Made by a program: the position numbers and the translations under genes. A DNA stretch of 57,069 bases from assembly GCA_903832025.1 (NCBI GenBank), contig CAIKZY010000162.1:1-57069 (forward strand). The letters run 5' to 3'. Below, piece after piece: positions 46,552 through 55,741 of the stretch (positions are counted from its first letter, which is position 1; the number at the start of each line of letters is the position of its first letter). The notes beneath the pieces were generated by a model. That model did no database searches. It was not told where the DNA came from and worked only from the letters and a program-made list of their open reading frames with translations. The stretch comes from an uncultured Actinomycetes bacterium. GTDB taxonomy: Bacteria > Actinomycetota > Actinomycetes > S36-B12.

Positions 46552-47488
46552 TGTGTACTCCCGCCAGGACGTCGCTTGTCTGCATGGTCGTGCTGCTCAG
46601 CAGCAGGTACTGCAATCGGTGGTCATCAAGCCATGATGGCGCCTGTGCTGATCCGGCGATCAAAGCGGTGGTTGCCGCGACCTCGGCCCACCAGCCGGAA
46701 TTTGCACTGATGGTGACCTGGACTAAGTCCGATTCGGCGCACTGACTGGTGCGTGGATCGATGACGTGGTGGCGTGTTCCCCACACTCGACCTAGCGTCG
46801 TGGACGTGGCGACTCCAGCGTGGGCAATGCCGGCAGGAAATGTCATCGATGGCAGGGATGCGTGACGTTGGAGATCGCGCTCGTCGACCACATCAATGTT
46901 CCAATGCGGATCCGTGCCAGGAAGTCCACCCAGTGCAATGTCCCCACCGAGGTTGATCAGCACCCCGTCTGCTCCTGCGGCGAGAAATTCGTCGACCATG
47001 ATGTCGGCGCCCAGCCCCTTGCCGATCGCGCCAGGATCCAGTCCGACACCGACAGGCAGGCTCACCGTCTGCATCGACGCATCAAGGATCACTGATCCCA
47101 TGCCAGGAACGGGGCTGACCCTGGGCATACCGGCGTAGAAAAGCGCATCGCGGGCGATCACCGCGGCGTAATCGACGTCGTAGCCAATGGCCCGCATATT
47201 CGCCAGGACCGTCGGGTCGAAGAGTCCGCCGGTAAGCGCGCAGGCTTCGGACATGGCCTCAACCAGGGTGAAGAGGTCGTCGCTGACCTCAACGGGTCCG
47301 GCACCGGCCTGCTCGTTGAGCCGACTCAGTTCACTCGACGGGCGAAATCGGGACCAGCATTGCTCCAGTATCTCGACACGTTGAATGGCCAGGTCGCACA
47401 GTTGCCCTCCGAATACCTCGCTTGCGGCGAAGATCAGGACCGAGCAATCGGTACCCATGGCGCGAAATTCACGCCGATGGCTGGACAT
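46544..47488 (-). CDS. apbE: FAD:protein FMN transferase (ApbE family)
   Basis: FRAMGTDCSVLIF, DPTV, LDPGAIGKGLGADI, LINLGGDI and VATSTTLGRVW motifs. True start at ATG 47488, 1 nt after the upstream stop. The ORF-track N-terminal extension runs through a tandem repeat and is an artefact. Confidence 0.88.
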   Translation of the reverse strand: MSSHRREFRAMGTDCSVLIFAASEVFGGQLCDLAIQRVEILEQCWSRFRPSSELSRLNEQAGAGPVEVSDDLFTLVEAMSEACALTGGLFDPTVLANMRAIGYDVDYAAVIARDALFYAGMPRVSPVPGMGSVILDASMQTVSLPVGVGLDPGAIGKGLGADIMVDEFLAAGADGVLINLGGDIALGGLPGTDPHWNIDVVDERDLQRHASLPSMTFPAGIAHAGVATSTTLGRVWGTRHHVIDPRTSQCAESDLVQVTISANSGWWAEVAATTALIAGSAQAPSWLDDHRLQYLLLSSTTMQTSDVLAGVHSG

Positions 47489-47489
47489 G

Positions 47490-48043
47490 TCAACTGCTAT
47501 GGCTGGAGGAGTGACCGCCACCGCCACTTGTGATGGTGCTGTTGCTCCAGTTCTGCGGAAGCGGAGCCTGCTGCACCGGAGCCTGCTGCACCGGAGCCTG
47601 CTGCACCGGAGCCTGTTGCTGCGGCGCCGGTGTGGCACTGGTGGTCCGACGGGAGTGGTGCTTGCGCTTATGAGCGACAGTGACCTTGGCAGGTGCTGAT
47701 TTTGCCAGGGAGGAGGCAGTTGCTCCGCTGGTTGCCCCCTGCTGCAATTGGGCAGCAGCAGCCTCGAGCTGATTTCGATAGGCGATCAAGGCCTGGCGCT
47801 CAGCGGCAAGTTGCCCGGCATAGGCGTCCAACTGCGCCTTGGTCAGACCCGATGAGGAACTGACCGGCGTTGTGCTGGCTGTCGTCGTACGTGTGGCAGC
47901 TGAGGCGCTTTGCTCGGAACGGACGGCGATCAGTCCGACCACTCCGACACATGCGACCCCAGCCAGCGAGGCGGAAATCACCTTGTCGGTCGCGGTTCGG
48001 TGGCGTCGAGCTGGGCGCCGTAAACGGCTGTTAGTCATCATCG
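47490..48043 (-). CDS. Membrane-anchored coiled-coil protein with a C-terminal (QQAPV)n repeat and a TSGATAS motif
   Basis: MMTNSRLRRPARRHR, then a TM segment (ISASLAGVACVGVVGLIAV), a Ser/Thr linker, a predicted helical region (AQLDAYAGQLAAERQALIAYRNQLEAAAAQLQQ) and repeats. The start overlaps the upstream stop (ATGATGACTAA). Confidence 0.55.
47563..47622. repeat. 15-bp tandem repeat (ggagcctgctgcacc x3 perfect plus 1 degenerate copy)
   Basis: Read directly from the sequence. In-frame (5 codons); encodes QQAPV repeats on the minus strand. Confidence 0.95.
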
Positions 48044-48726
48044 CGATGTCCTCCATTGGTGCCTGGAACAGTGGATTGGCGATCGTCGCCGGTGGACTGA
48101 GGCCCGGTGGCGTTGTCGTGGTCAGATTTGACAGGCGTCTGGGGTGTTCCGACTGCAGCTGCTGCCGGAGCAGGCGGTGCACTCTTGAGTAACTGCCATG
48201 CAACGATCTGCGCTTGCGGGCCGATCTGCGGCACGAAACCAACCACCTGAGCGCCATTTGCTGCAGTGACGGTTACCGCCCAGACCAGCTGTCCGTTCAG
48301 CGTTTGTGATGCCACTGACGTGGATGCCACCGCAACACCTGCCTGGCTGCTCACCAAGGCAACCGCTTGGTCACTGGAGACGGTTGCCGGTGCTTGCGCC
48401 GTGGCAGTGCTGGACGAAGTCACGTCAGGCCGCGTATGCGCTTGAGATGGTGTATCGGACGGGGTAGCACGATCGGTGGAGTCACGATGCGCTATCGGCG
48501 CCACCGGCAGCGGATTCGTGGACAGTGTCGGCACCGTGATGGGCGGTAGGTCGGTCGCCAGGGGAGATGGTTGCAAGTCACCCACTCCTGCGGCAACCAC
48601 CGGAGTAGACACGTGCTCACTGTCAGAGGTGGAAGCTGAATTGATGGCCGCCAAGGCCGCCCCTGCGCTCGCCGCCAGGAGAATGGCTCCGACCCCGATG
48701 AACAGTGCAGTAGTAGTCACTTTCAT
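48031..48726 (-). CDS. Secreted Ser/Thr/Pro-rich protein with a possible PepSY-like domain
   Basis: Signal peptide MKVTTTALFIGVGAILLAASAGAALA. GGAGG lies 8 nt upstream of ATG 48726. LNGQLVWAVTVTAANGAQVVGFV is reminiscent of PepSY. Low-complexity flanks. Confidence 0.55.
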   Translation of the reverse strand: MKVTTTALFIGVGAILLAASAGAALAAINSASTSDSEHVSTPVVAAGVGDLQPSPLATDLPPITVPTLSTNPLPVAPIAHRDSTDRATPSDTPSQAHTRPDVTSSSTATAQAPATVSSDQAVALVSSQAGVAVASTSVASQTLNGQLVWAVTVTAANGAQVVGFVPQIGPQAQIVAWQLLKSAPPAPAAAAVGTPQTPVKSDHDNATGPQSTGDDRQSTVPGTNGGHRDDD

Positions 48727-48923
48727 CCCGTATACCTCCATCCTGTCCGGTGGTGATGCCCTCTGCGGTTGCCAAGCCGTTTTGCTTCGTAACGAACGTA
48801 ACTCCGCAAGTCACAAGGGCCCACCAAGGCCAGGTAAGGAGAGGGTTAATCTGTGCCGGTTGGCTCGCTGTTTGGTCCGAGCGCTGCGTGCGAAGGTGCT
48901 CAGGCGTCCCTGGGTCTGACACC

Positions 48924-49586
48924 ATGGGTGTTGTGAAGGTTCTCGTAGTCGATGACGATCCCGCCATCATCCAGCCGCTGGTTGATGGGCTTAAGCGAAA
49001 TGGCTTCGAGGTGGAGTCAGTCTCCTACGCATCTCAAGTCCTGCCCGCCGCTGGGGACGTGGACGTGATCCTGCTCGATCTGGGCCTGCCTGATGGCGAT
49101 GGCATAGATGTGCTGCGCGAATTGCGGCGAACATCTGACGTTCCGGTCATCATCACAACCGCGCGCGGGGAAGAGACCGACCGCATCGTTGGATTGGAAC
49201 TCGGGGCTGACGATTATGTGGTTAAGCCCTTCAGCGTTCGAGAGTTGTCCGCCCGGATACGGGCCGTATCCCGCCGAAGGCGATCGGATCCGACGCTGTC
49301 GACCGAGCGAGTGATGGTGGACAGGTCGCGGCATGTGGTCATCGTTGATGGTGCGGAAATTGACTTGACCGCGAAGGAGTTTGACCTGCTGGCGGTGTTA
49401 GCCGAGGAGCCTGGTCGTGCCGTGCCGCGCCAGGAACTGTTTTCTCGCGTCTGGGATCCTGTCTGGATTGGCACGGGCAAGACACTGGATGTGCATGTGG
49501 CGACACTGCGCCGCAAGTTGGGCGACGCTGAGCTGATTGAGACTGTGCGTGGTGTGGGCTATCGCTTGGCCACAGACCGCTCATGA
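48924..49586 (+). CDS. OmpR-family response regulator
   Basis: VLVVDDDP, DVILLDLGLPDGDG, the receiver KPF motif and a C-terminal winged helix (LTAKEFDLLAVLAEEPGRAV ... VRGVGYRL). Start at ATG 48924. Confidence 0.9.
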   Translation: MGVVKVLVVDDDPAIIQPLVDGLKRNGFEVESVSYASQVLPAAGDVDVILLDLGLPDGDGIDVLRELRRTSDVPVIITTARGEETDRIVGLELGADDYVVKPFSVRELSARIRAVSRRRRSDPTLSTERVMVDRSRHVVIVDGAEIDLTAKEFDLLAVLAEEPGRAVPRQELFSRVWDPVWIGTGKTLDVHVATLRRKLGDAELIETVRGVGYRLATDRS

Positions 49587-50926
49587 CTCGACGCCTGGTG
49601 CTGGCAATGACAGCGCTGGCCGTGGCCGTGGCGCTGGCCCTGGCGGTGCCTCTTGCCCTGGTCGTGGCGAACGACCAGCGCGCCGCGTTCTTATCCAGAC
49701 TGCAGCTTTCCACCCTGAGCGCTGCTTCGGTGCTGTCCAGCATGCCGCAGTCCGAGTGGCAGGGTGAGGTACGTCAGGTTGCAAGCGATACCGGTGCCCG
49801 TGTCATCGTGGTAAGTGCAAGCAAGTCACTGCTGGCAGATTCATCGAATTCCAGTTTGGATCGCAGCTTTTCACGACCTGAGATCACCGCGGCCTTGGCC
49901 GGATCGTTGACATCCAGTGTCCGCCATTCATCGACCCTGTCCACTGATCTTCGGTTCGTGGCTGCACCGATCGTGAAAGACCAGGCGGTTGCCGGCGTCG
50001 TGCGATTGACCCTTCCGGAAAACCAGGTGACCCACGCTGTGCGGGTGACTCAGGCCTGGCTGGCTGCCTTCGTTCTGGCCGTGATGCTGGTTGCCATTGC
50101 ACTTGCCGTGCTGCTGGCGCGATCGGTGGCATCGCCCTTGCGGCGGTTGGCGTACACCGCGCGGACGCTGCCCGAGGATCTTGACTTGCGTGCTGATGAG
50201 TCTGACGGCCCGTTCGAGGTGCGCCAGGTAGCACACGCGCTGAACCAGACTGCGTCAAAGTTGCAGGGCATCCTCAGTCGCACACAGCGAGTGGCCGCCG
50301 ATGCGTCGCATCATTTGCGCACCCCATTGACTGGAGTGCGCTTACGGCTGGAAGCAATTGAGGACATCTCCAGTGAGCCGGAGGTGGCGGCCGAAGCCGC
50401 CGCCGCGACCGCTGAGGTCGATCGGCTTACCCGACGGATCGAACAGGTGCTCATCCTGGCGCACACGGACACCGGCACCATGCCCCGCGAGCACTGTGAT
50501 GCATCAGCAGTGATTGCAGCCAGGGCTGAGGAAGCAGTGCTGATTGCAGACGAGCGTGACCTGCACCTGTCGACAGAGCTCTCCCCGAACCTGCGCGTTT
50601 CGGCTGGAGCGAGCACGGTGGCCAAGATCATTGATGAGCTGATGGGCAACGCCATGCAATACGCGCAGACCACAGTGCTTGTCCGCTGCCTTCGCAGCGG
50701 GCGCTCAGTGGAAATTTCAGTCTCGGATGATGGCCCAGGTGTCGATGAGTCCGAGTGGCAATCAATCTTTCAGCGTTTCAGCCGAGGCAGTGCCGCCGCG
50801 CCCGGCGGGTCGGGGCTTGGCCTGGCATTGGTTCAAGAAAGCGCCCGTGAGGCTGGCGGGGATGCATATGCTGAGCGCTCTGAACTTGGTGGCCTGAGCG
50901 TGCACGTACTGCTTCCCGCCGAGTAG
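49583..50926 (+). CDS. Sensor histidine kinase (two TM segments, HAMP, HisKA, HATPase_c)
   Basis: H-box ADASHHLRTPLT, N-box ELMGNAMQYA, and G-boxes DDGPGV and GGSGLGLALV. 4-nt overlap with the regulator gene. Confidence 0.88.
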   Translation: MTRRLVLAMTALAVAVALALAVPLALVVANDQRAAFLSRLQLSTLSAASVLSSMPQSEWQGEVRQVASDTGARVIVVSASKSLLADSSNSSLDRSFSRPEITAALAGSLTSSVRHSSTLSTDLRFVAAPIVKDQAVAGVVRLTLPENQVTHAVRVTQAWLAAFVLAVMLVAIALAVLLARSVASPLRRLAYTARTLPEDLDLRADESDGPFEVRQVAHALNQTASKLQGILSRTQRVAADASHHLRTPLTGVRLRLEAIEDISSEPEVAAEAAAATAEVDRLTRRIEQVLILAHTDTGTMPREHCDASAVIAARAEEAVLIADERDLHLSTELSPNLRVSAGASTVAKIIDELMGNAMQYAQTTVLVRCLRSGRSVEISVSDDGPGVDESEWQSIFQRFSRGSAAAPGGSGLGLALVQESAREAGGDAYAERSELGGLSVHVLLPAE

Positions 50927-50973
50927 TTCAACGTGACCGGTGCCTTTGGCGACGGGGTGTTGGCAATGAAGGA

Positions 50974-51636
50974 TCAGGACTGGGGAATCAGGCGTCCAAC
51001 GCCGGAGAAGGTATGCGACCACCAGGACCCGAACGCTGGAGTGATGCGAACCCCGGCACCGTAGCCAACCGCGTTGACCATCTTGCCGCTGCCAATATAA
51101 ATACCTACGTGATGGGCGCCATGCCTGAAGTAGAAGACCAAGTCGCCCGGCTGTAATTGCTTGACCTTTTCGCGAACCACTGCGTGAAACTGCAGGTGCG
51201 AGGTGTGCGGCAAGTTCTTGTGCAGCACCTCCTTGTACACGTAATAGGCCAACCCAGAGCAGTCAAAACCACGACGTGGGCTGACACCACCGGCCACATA
51301 GCGAGATCCGATCTGCTTCTTGGCGAAAGCCACAAGCCGAGATCGCAATCGATGCAGCGCTGCAGCGCGCATCTGAGCGTGGGTTGGGCGCACGCGAGTG
51401 TGCGCTGCATGCAGGGAAGGCTTTGCGGCATGCCTGTGCGGCCCGGCGCTGGACTGGTGAACGAGGCCGATGGCCTGCGGATGCTGGGTGTGCACTGATG
51501 CGTGGGCTGGGGTAGAAACCGCCGTGAGTACGGCGATCACCATTCCGGCTATCGCGAGGATCAGCAGCAGGAGCATGCCGGGGTGATTGACCGAGTCGGC
51601 CACGAACTCAGATGTGGAGCGCAAATCCGTACGCAC
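50974..51636 (-). CDS. NlpC/P60 (C40) family peptidoglycan hydrolase
   Basis: Signal anchor, then GSRYVAGGVSPRRGFDCSGLAYYVY ... GDLVFYFRHGAHHVGIYIGSGKMVNA (Cys-His catalytic pair context). GTG start. Confidence 0.85.
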   Translation of the reverse strand: MRTDLRSTSEFVADSVNHPGMLLLLILAIAGMVIAVLTAVSTPAHASVHTQHPQAIGLVHQSSAGPHRHAAKPSLHAAHTRVRPTHAQMRAAALHRLRSRLVAFAKKQIGSRYVAGGVSPRRGFDCSGLAYYVYKEVLHKNLPHTSHLQFHAVVREKVKQLQPGDLVFYFRHGAHHVGIYIGSGKMVNAVGYGAGVRITPAFGSWWSHTFSGVGRLIPQS

Positions 51637-51649
51637 GCGGTGCCCTTTC

Positions 51650-51810
51650 AGTATCGCTTCCCGGGTGAGCTGACGGGCTCGGGCCTGAAGGTCGCCCTAC
51701 GTCGCCGAATTGCTTCGGCTTCGATTCGCCCCATGGACCAACATTCGGTCCGGTGGTTCCCCGGTACGGAGTGGCAAGCCGCTCCGATTCAGCGTGCTTC
51801 CGGTGGTCCG
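51650..51810 (-). promoter_or_regulatory. Cyclic-di-AMP riboswitch (ydaO/yuaA motif) in the 5' leader of the NlpC/P60 gene
   Basis: Minus strand reads CACGCUGAAUCGGAGCGG ... CCGGGGAACCACCGG ... AUGGGGCGAAUCGAAGCCGAAG ... GGCCCGAGCCCGUCAGCUCACCCGGGAAGCG. This matches the conserved blocks CGCUnAAUC / GGGGAnCCA / GGGGUGAAUC / CCCGAnCCCGUCAGCUnACC..G.AAGCG of the B. subtilis ydaO element as recalled. GAAAGGG RBS and the GTG start follow immediately. Confidence 0.82.
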
Positions 51811-52139
51811 CGGGTGCAGTCCATTGGCCGGCAGCACGTTGACGGTAGGCAACGCAACACGTTCAGGCGAGTTAACTGTCCAGTAATCGGACATTGACTA
51901 GAGGGGCTGTGGGATGGACCACACCTTCCCATGCGCCACTTGCGTCACAAGATGGGACGATTCAGGCACATCGACCTCCCCGGAACCACAATGGTGTCAT
52001 TCGCCGGTGAGCGCCGGCACAACCAAATTCTCGGTATTTGTCTTCTGCGAGGCCTTCCCTGGCCGAGCCCGCTGGGGTAGCGTCTCGCGCTCGAGCACTG
52101 ACATGAGGGTGAGTGCATCGGCTTCAGGAAAGGCTCGCC

Positions 52140-53516
52140 ATGGATGATGCAGTTCGCCAGCACAAGTACGTGATCAGCGAGGATCAGATGCCCACCACCT
52201 GGTACAACATCATGGCGGATTTGCCGGTACCGCCACCGCCGCCACTGCACCCCGGACGCATGGATCCCGTTGGACCTGATGATCTGGCACCACTGTTCCC
52301 AATGGACCTGATCCTGCAAGAGGTCTCCACTGATCGGTACATCGATATCCCCGGTGGCGTGCTGGACGTGTACCGGCAATGGCGCCCATCGCCGCTTTTC
52401 CGGGCGCACCGCTTGGAGCAGGCGCTGGGCACCCCCGCACGCATCTACTACAAGTACGAGGGCGTGTCCCCGGCCGGCAGTCACAAGACGAACACCTCTG
52501 TGCCGCAGGCGTATTACAACAAGAAGGACGGCACCAAGAAGCTCACTACCGAGACCGGTGCGGGTCAGTGGGGCACTGCCTTGTCGTTCGCGTGCGCGCT
52601 GTATGACCTTGAGTGCGAGGTGTGGCAGGTCGGTGCGTCCTATGACGCCAAGCCATACCGCCGGCTGATGATCGAGGCCTTCGGTGGCACTGTCCATCGT
52701 TCGCCGTCGGACGTCACGGCGATCGGTCGCCAGCTGGCACAAGATCCCAAGAACTGGTCAGGTTCACTGGGCATCGCCATCTCCGAAGCGGTGGAGATCG
52801 CAGCCACTCACGAGAACGTGCGCTATGCCCTGGGCTCAGTGCTGAACCACGTGCTGCTGCATCAAACAATCATCGGCCAGGAGGCGCTCCTGCAACTGCA
52901 GATGGCCGGGGATACCCCGACTCACATCGTTGGCTGCACCGGTGGCGGATCGAACTTTGCCGGCCTGTCCTTTCCGTTCTTGAAGGAGAAGATGGACGGC
53001 AAGATCAATCCGCGCATCATTGCTGCCGAGCCGGCAAGCTGCCCATCGCTAACCCGCGGGGTGTATGCCTACGACTTCGGTGACACAGCGGGCATGACTC
53101 CATTGATGAAGATGCACACCTTGGGTCATGACTTCATCCCTGATCCGATTCATGCCGGTGGTCTGCGCTACCACGGTATGGCACCGCTGATTTCCCACAT
53201 TTACGAGTTGGGACTGATGGAAGCCGAAGCCGTGCCGCAGACCGAGTGCTTTGCCGCTGCTGTGCAGTTCGCCCGCACCGAGGGCATCGTGCCGGCTCCG
53301 GAGCCAACGCACGCATTGGCGCTTGCGGTGCGCGAGGCACTGAAGGCCAAGGAGACCGGTGAGGAAACGGTCATCTTGACCGCTCTGTGCGGACATGGCC
53401 ATTTCGACCTCGCTGCGTATGACAGCTATCTATCCGGCTCCATGGTTGACGAGCAGGTATCCGACGCCCGATTCGCAGAAGCCCTGGCAACGATTCCTGA
53501 GGTCGCGTTCGGCTGA
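52140..53516 (+). CDS. trpB: TrpB-like PLP-dependent enzyme (tryptophan synthase beta chain type 2, TrpB2)
   Basis: MPTTWYNIMADLPVPPPPPLHP, YYKYEGVSPAGSHKTNT (PLP lysine) and GCTGGGSNFAG. A length of about 458 aa is typical of TrpB2 rather than TrpB1. No trpA adjacent. Confidence 0.88.
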   Translation: MDDAVRQHKYVISEDQMPTTWYNIMADLPVPPPPPLHPGRMDPVGPDDLAPLFPMDLILQEVSTDRYIDIPGGVLDVYRQWRPSPLFRAHRLEQALGTPARIYYKYEGVSPAGSHKTNTSVPQAYYNKKDGTKKLTTETGAGQWGTALSFACALYDLECEVWQVGASYDAKPYRRLMIEAFGGTVHRSPSDVTAIGRQLAQDPKNWSGSLGIAISEAVEIAATHENVRYALGSVLNHVLLHQTIIGQEALLQLQMAGDTPTHIVGCTGGGSNFAGLSFPFLKEKMDGKINPRIIAAEPASCPSLTRGVYAYDFGDTAGMTPLMKMHTLGHDFIPDPIHAGGLRYHGMAPLISHIYELGLMEAEAVPQTECFAAAVQFARTEGIVPAPEPTHALALAVREALKAKETGEETVILTALCGHGHFDLAAYDSYLSGSMVDEQVSDARFAEALATIPEVAFG

Positions 53517-53538
53517 TAAGCCAGGAGTTGAAGACCGA

Positions 53539-53584
53539 GAACACCACTCCGCCGGATCGGATTCGGACTGGCGGAGTGGTGTTC
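53539..53584 (+). terminator. Stem-loop downstream of the trpB2-like gene (candidate intrinsic terminator)
   Basis: GAACACCACTCCGCC(gg atcggattcgg act)GGCGGAGTGGTGTTC forms a 15-bp perfect stem 22 nt after the stop. There is no strong U-tract, which is common in high-GC actinobacteria. Confidence 0.6.
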
Positions 53585-53755
53585 GATTGCAGGCCATGAG
53601 ATGGGGCAATTCGGAGCATGGTGGCTGTGTGCTCGGCCAAGTCAAGTCTCCGGCGTGACGTGAGCGCACGGGTGTCATCGCAAGGGTGACTCTGCGCGGC
53701 CTCGCACGTTCTATCCGATCGTGTCTTCGCTTTCGCGCACGCCTAGGCTCTGTAC

Positions 53756-54349
53756 ATGACCTTGCACCGCCAGATCACTCCCGACCGCCCGCTCATCGTG
53801 TGCGCACTCGAAACCGAGGCCGAGCATCTGCACGCCGGCGAGCTACCGGTACTGGTGACCGGCGTGGGCAAGGTCAATGCAGCCATCGCGGTGACCGCCG
53901 TACTGTCGCAGTGGAGGCCATCACTGGTGGTCAACATGGGAACGGCGGGGGCATTGCGCGATGGCATTGTTGGCACTCACGTGGTGTCGTCGGTAATGCA
54001 GCACGACCTCAACGACGCCTCAATCGCCGAATTGACCGGAATGCACTTCGGGTTACCCATCGCACTGGGGCACGGGCAGTCGTTTGAAGCCGGCGGGCTC
54101 GTTCTGGCCACCGGAGATCGATTCATCGCCCGGCCGGAGGTCAGGCAGCGACTGGCCGAGCATGCGCATCTGGTTGACATGGAGGGCTACGCCGTCGCCA
54201 AAGCCGCAACCCTCGCGGGAGTTCCGGTGGTCTGCGTCAAGGACGTGTCTGATTCGGCCAGTGAGGACGCCGGCAAGAGCTGGTCACAGACCCTGGCCGA
54301 ATGCGCTGAGCGATTGGGTGCATGGGCTGATGCGCACCTGCATCGATAG
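53756..54349 (+). CDS. Nucleosidase (PNP_UDP_1 family, MTA/SAH nucleosidase-like)
   Basis: VLVTGVGKVNAAIAV, NMGTAGAL and VDMEGYAVAKAA motifs. Confidence 0.7.
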   Translation: MTLHRQITPDRPLIVCALETEAEHLHAGELPVLVTGVGKVNAAIAVTAVLSQWRPSLVVNMGTAGALRDGIVGTHVVSSVMQHDLNDASIAELTGMHFGLPIALGHGQSFEAGGLVLATGDRFIARPEVRQRLAEHAHLVDMEGYAVAKAATLAGVPVVCVKDVSDSASEDAGKSWSQTLAECAERLGAWADAHLHR

Positions 54350-54424
54350 GCGCACAGGAAGTGGCCTCCGCCTGTACGGCCTTGCACCCCAGGTTGTGCT
54401 GCTCCTGCATCTAGGGTCACTGGT

Positions 54425-55666
54425 ATGAGCAATCAGCGGCGCACGCTGGCTACCGGACTCATTGTCGTCGGCGCAGCAACGTTGATCGGCAATGGCGCCG
54501 GGTACTTGCTGTCCATGATCGCTGCTCGGGCACTGATCCCAGCGCAGTTCGGGGCGCTGGGCGCCTTGCTTGCCATCCTGGTGATCATCGCCACCTTAGG
54601 CATCTCCATGCAGACGCTGACCGCCCGCCGTGTTGCCGTTGCAGGTGCTGAGGCCACCGCGGCCAAGCAAGCCGAAGCTGAGGGACACGCGGTGCGGCTT
54701 GCGTCCTACATCGGTGCCGCAATCTTCCTCGGCGCCATCGTGGCCTGCTGGCCGCTGGGAACCTTGTTCTCCATCCCCGTACTGGCCGTGTTCCTGGGCA
54801 TCGCATCAATCGCGTTCGTGGTGATCGGCTCTGCGGCGATGGGGATCTCTCAGGGGCGGGAGCAGCATCTGCGCCTGTCAGTAGGTTTCATCGCCAATGG
54901 CGGACTGAGGGCATTGTTCGGCATCGCGGGGGTTGTCGCTCTGAAATCCGTGGATGGCGCGGCGCTGGGCATTGCGGTCGGTTGCGCGGCTGGCGCCCTG
55001 GTGAGCTATTGGATCTGCTGCCCCAGGACGTGGTCGTCATCAATCGGGCGTGGTGGTGCCGCAGAGTTCGGCCACATTGCGCACGCATTGCTGGTGTTGT
55101 TCACGTTGACCAACGTGGACGTGCTGATGGCGCGACTGTTCTTGTCCAACTCCCTGTCCGGTGAGTACAGCGTTGGGGTGCTGCTGGCGAAGATCGCCTT
55201 CTTCCTGCCGAACGCCATCATCATCGTGCTCTTCCCTAAGATGACGTCAGGAAATGCGCGCCGAACGGTCTTACTCGCCACTGCCCTGACGGCGATCATG
55301 GGCGCGCTGATCACCGTGTTCTCCGGAGCGTTTGGAGAGATTGTCGTGAAAATTCTGGGCGGCAAGCAGTATGCCGGCCAGCTGGAATCAGATGTGTGGC
55401 TTTTTGCCCTGGAAGGCGCTGCGTTCGCGCTGGTCCAGGTGCTGCTGTATGCGCGCCTTGCGGCGCAAGACAAACGAGCGGCAATTTCGGTGTGGGTGGC
55501 CCTGGGCATCCTGGTTGCCGCAGTGAGCCTGTGGCGCCATGGATCGGTGGCACAAATTGTCACCACCGTGGTCGCAGTTTCCCTTGGCCTGACAGCGGTA
55601 GGCCTCATCCTGGACTATCGCCATGGCACCGGTGGTGAGCTCGAACCGATCGAAATGGTCGAGTAG
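54425..55666 (+). CDS. MOP-superfamily polysaccharide biosynthesis/flippase-like membrane protein (Wzx/MurJ-like)
   Basis: 413 aa with about 12 TM segments. The N-terminus TLIGNGAGYLLSMIAARALIPAQFGALGAL is typical of oligosaccharide flippase family proteins. Confidence 0.6.
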   Translation: MSNQRRTLATGLIVVGAATLIGNGAGYLLSMIAARALIPAQFGALGALLAILVIIATLGISMQTLTARRVAVAGAEATAAKQAEAEGHAVRLASYIGAAIFLGAIVACWPLGTLFSIPVLAVFLGIASIAFVVIGSAAMGISQGREQHLRLSVGFIANGGLRALFGIAGVVALKSVDGAALGIAVGCAAGALVSYWICCPRTWSSSIGRGGAAEFGHIAHALLVLFTLTNVDVLMARLFLSNSLSGEYSVGVLLAKIAFFLPNAIIIVLFPKMTSGNARRTVLLATALTAIMGALITVFSGAFGEIVVKILGGKQYAGQLESDVWLFALEGAAFALVQVLLYARLAAQDKRAAISVWVALGILVAAVSLWRHGSVAQIVTTVVAVSLGLTAVGLILDYRHGTGGELEPIEMVE

Positions 55667-55741
55667 TCGTGGGCGACGACCGACGTAGTGCTGTGGCTGC
55701 GCTGGAAGCGATGACATTCGAGGGTAGGGTGTGCGCCTGTA

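Noticed and set aside
47489-47638. N-terminal 50 codons of the ORF-track apbE call (MPHRRRSNRLRCSRLRCSRLRCS...)
   Set aside because: This reading runs through the 15-bp tandem repeat in the wrong frame and overlaps the real upstream gene. The ATG at 47488 gives a normal ApbE N-terminus directly after the upstream stop.
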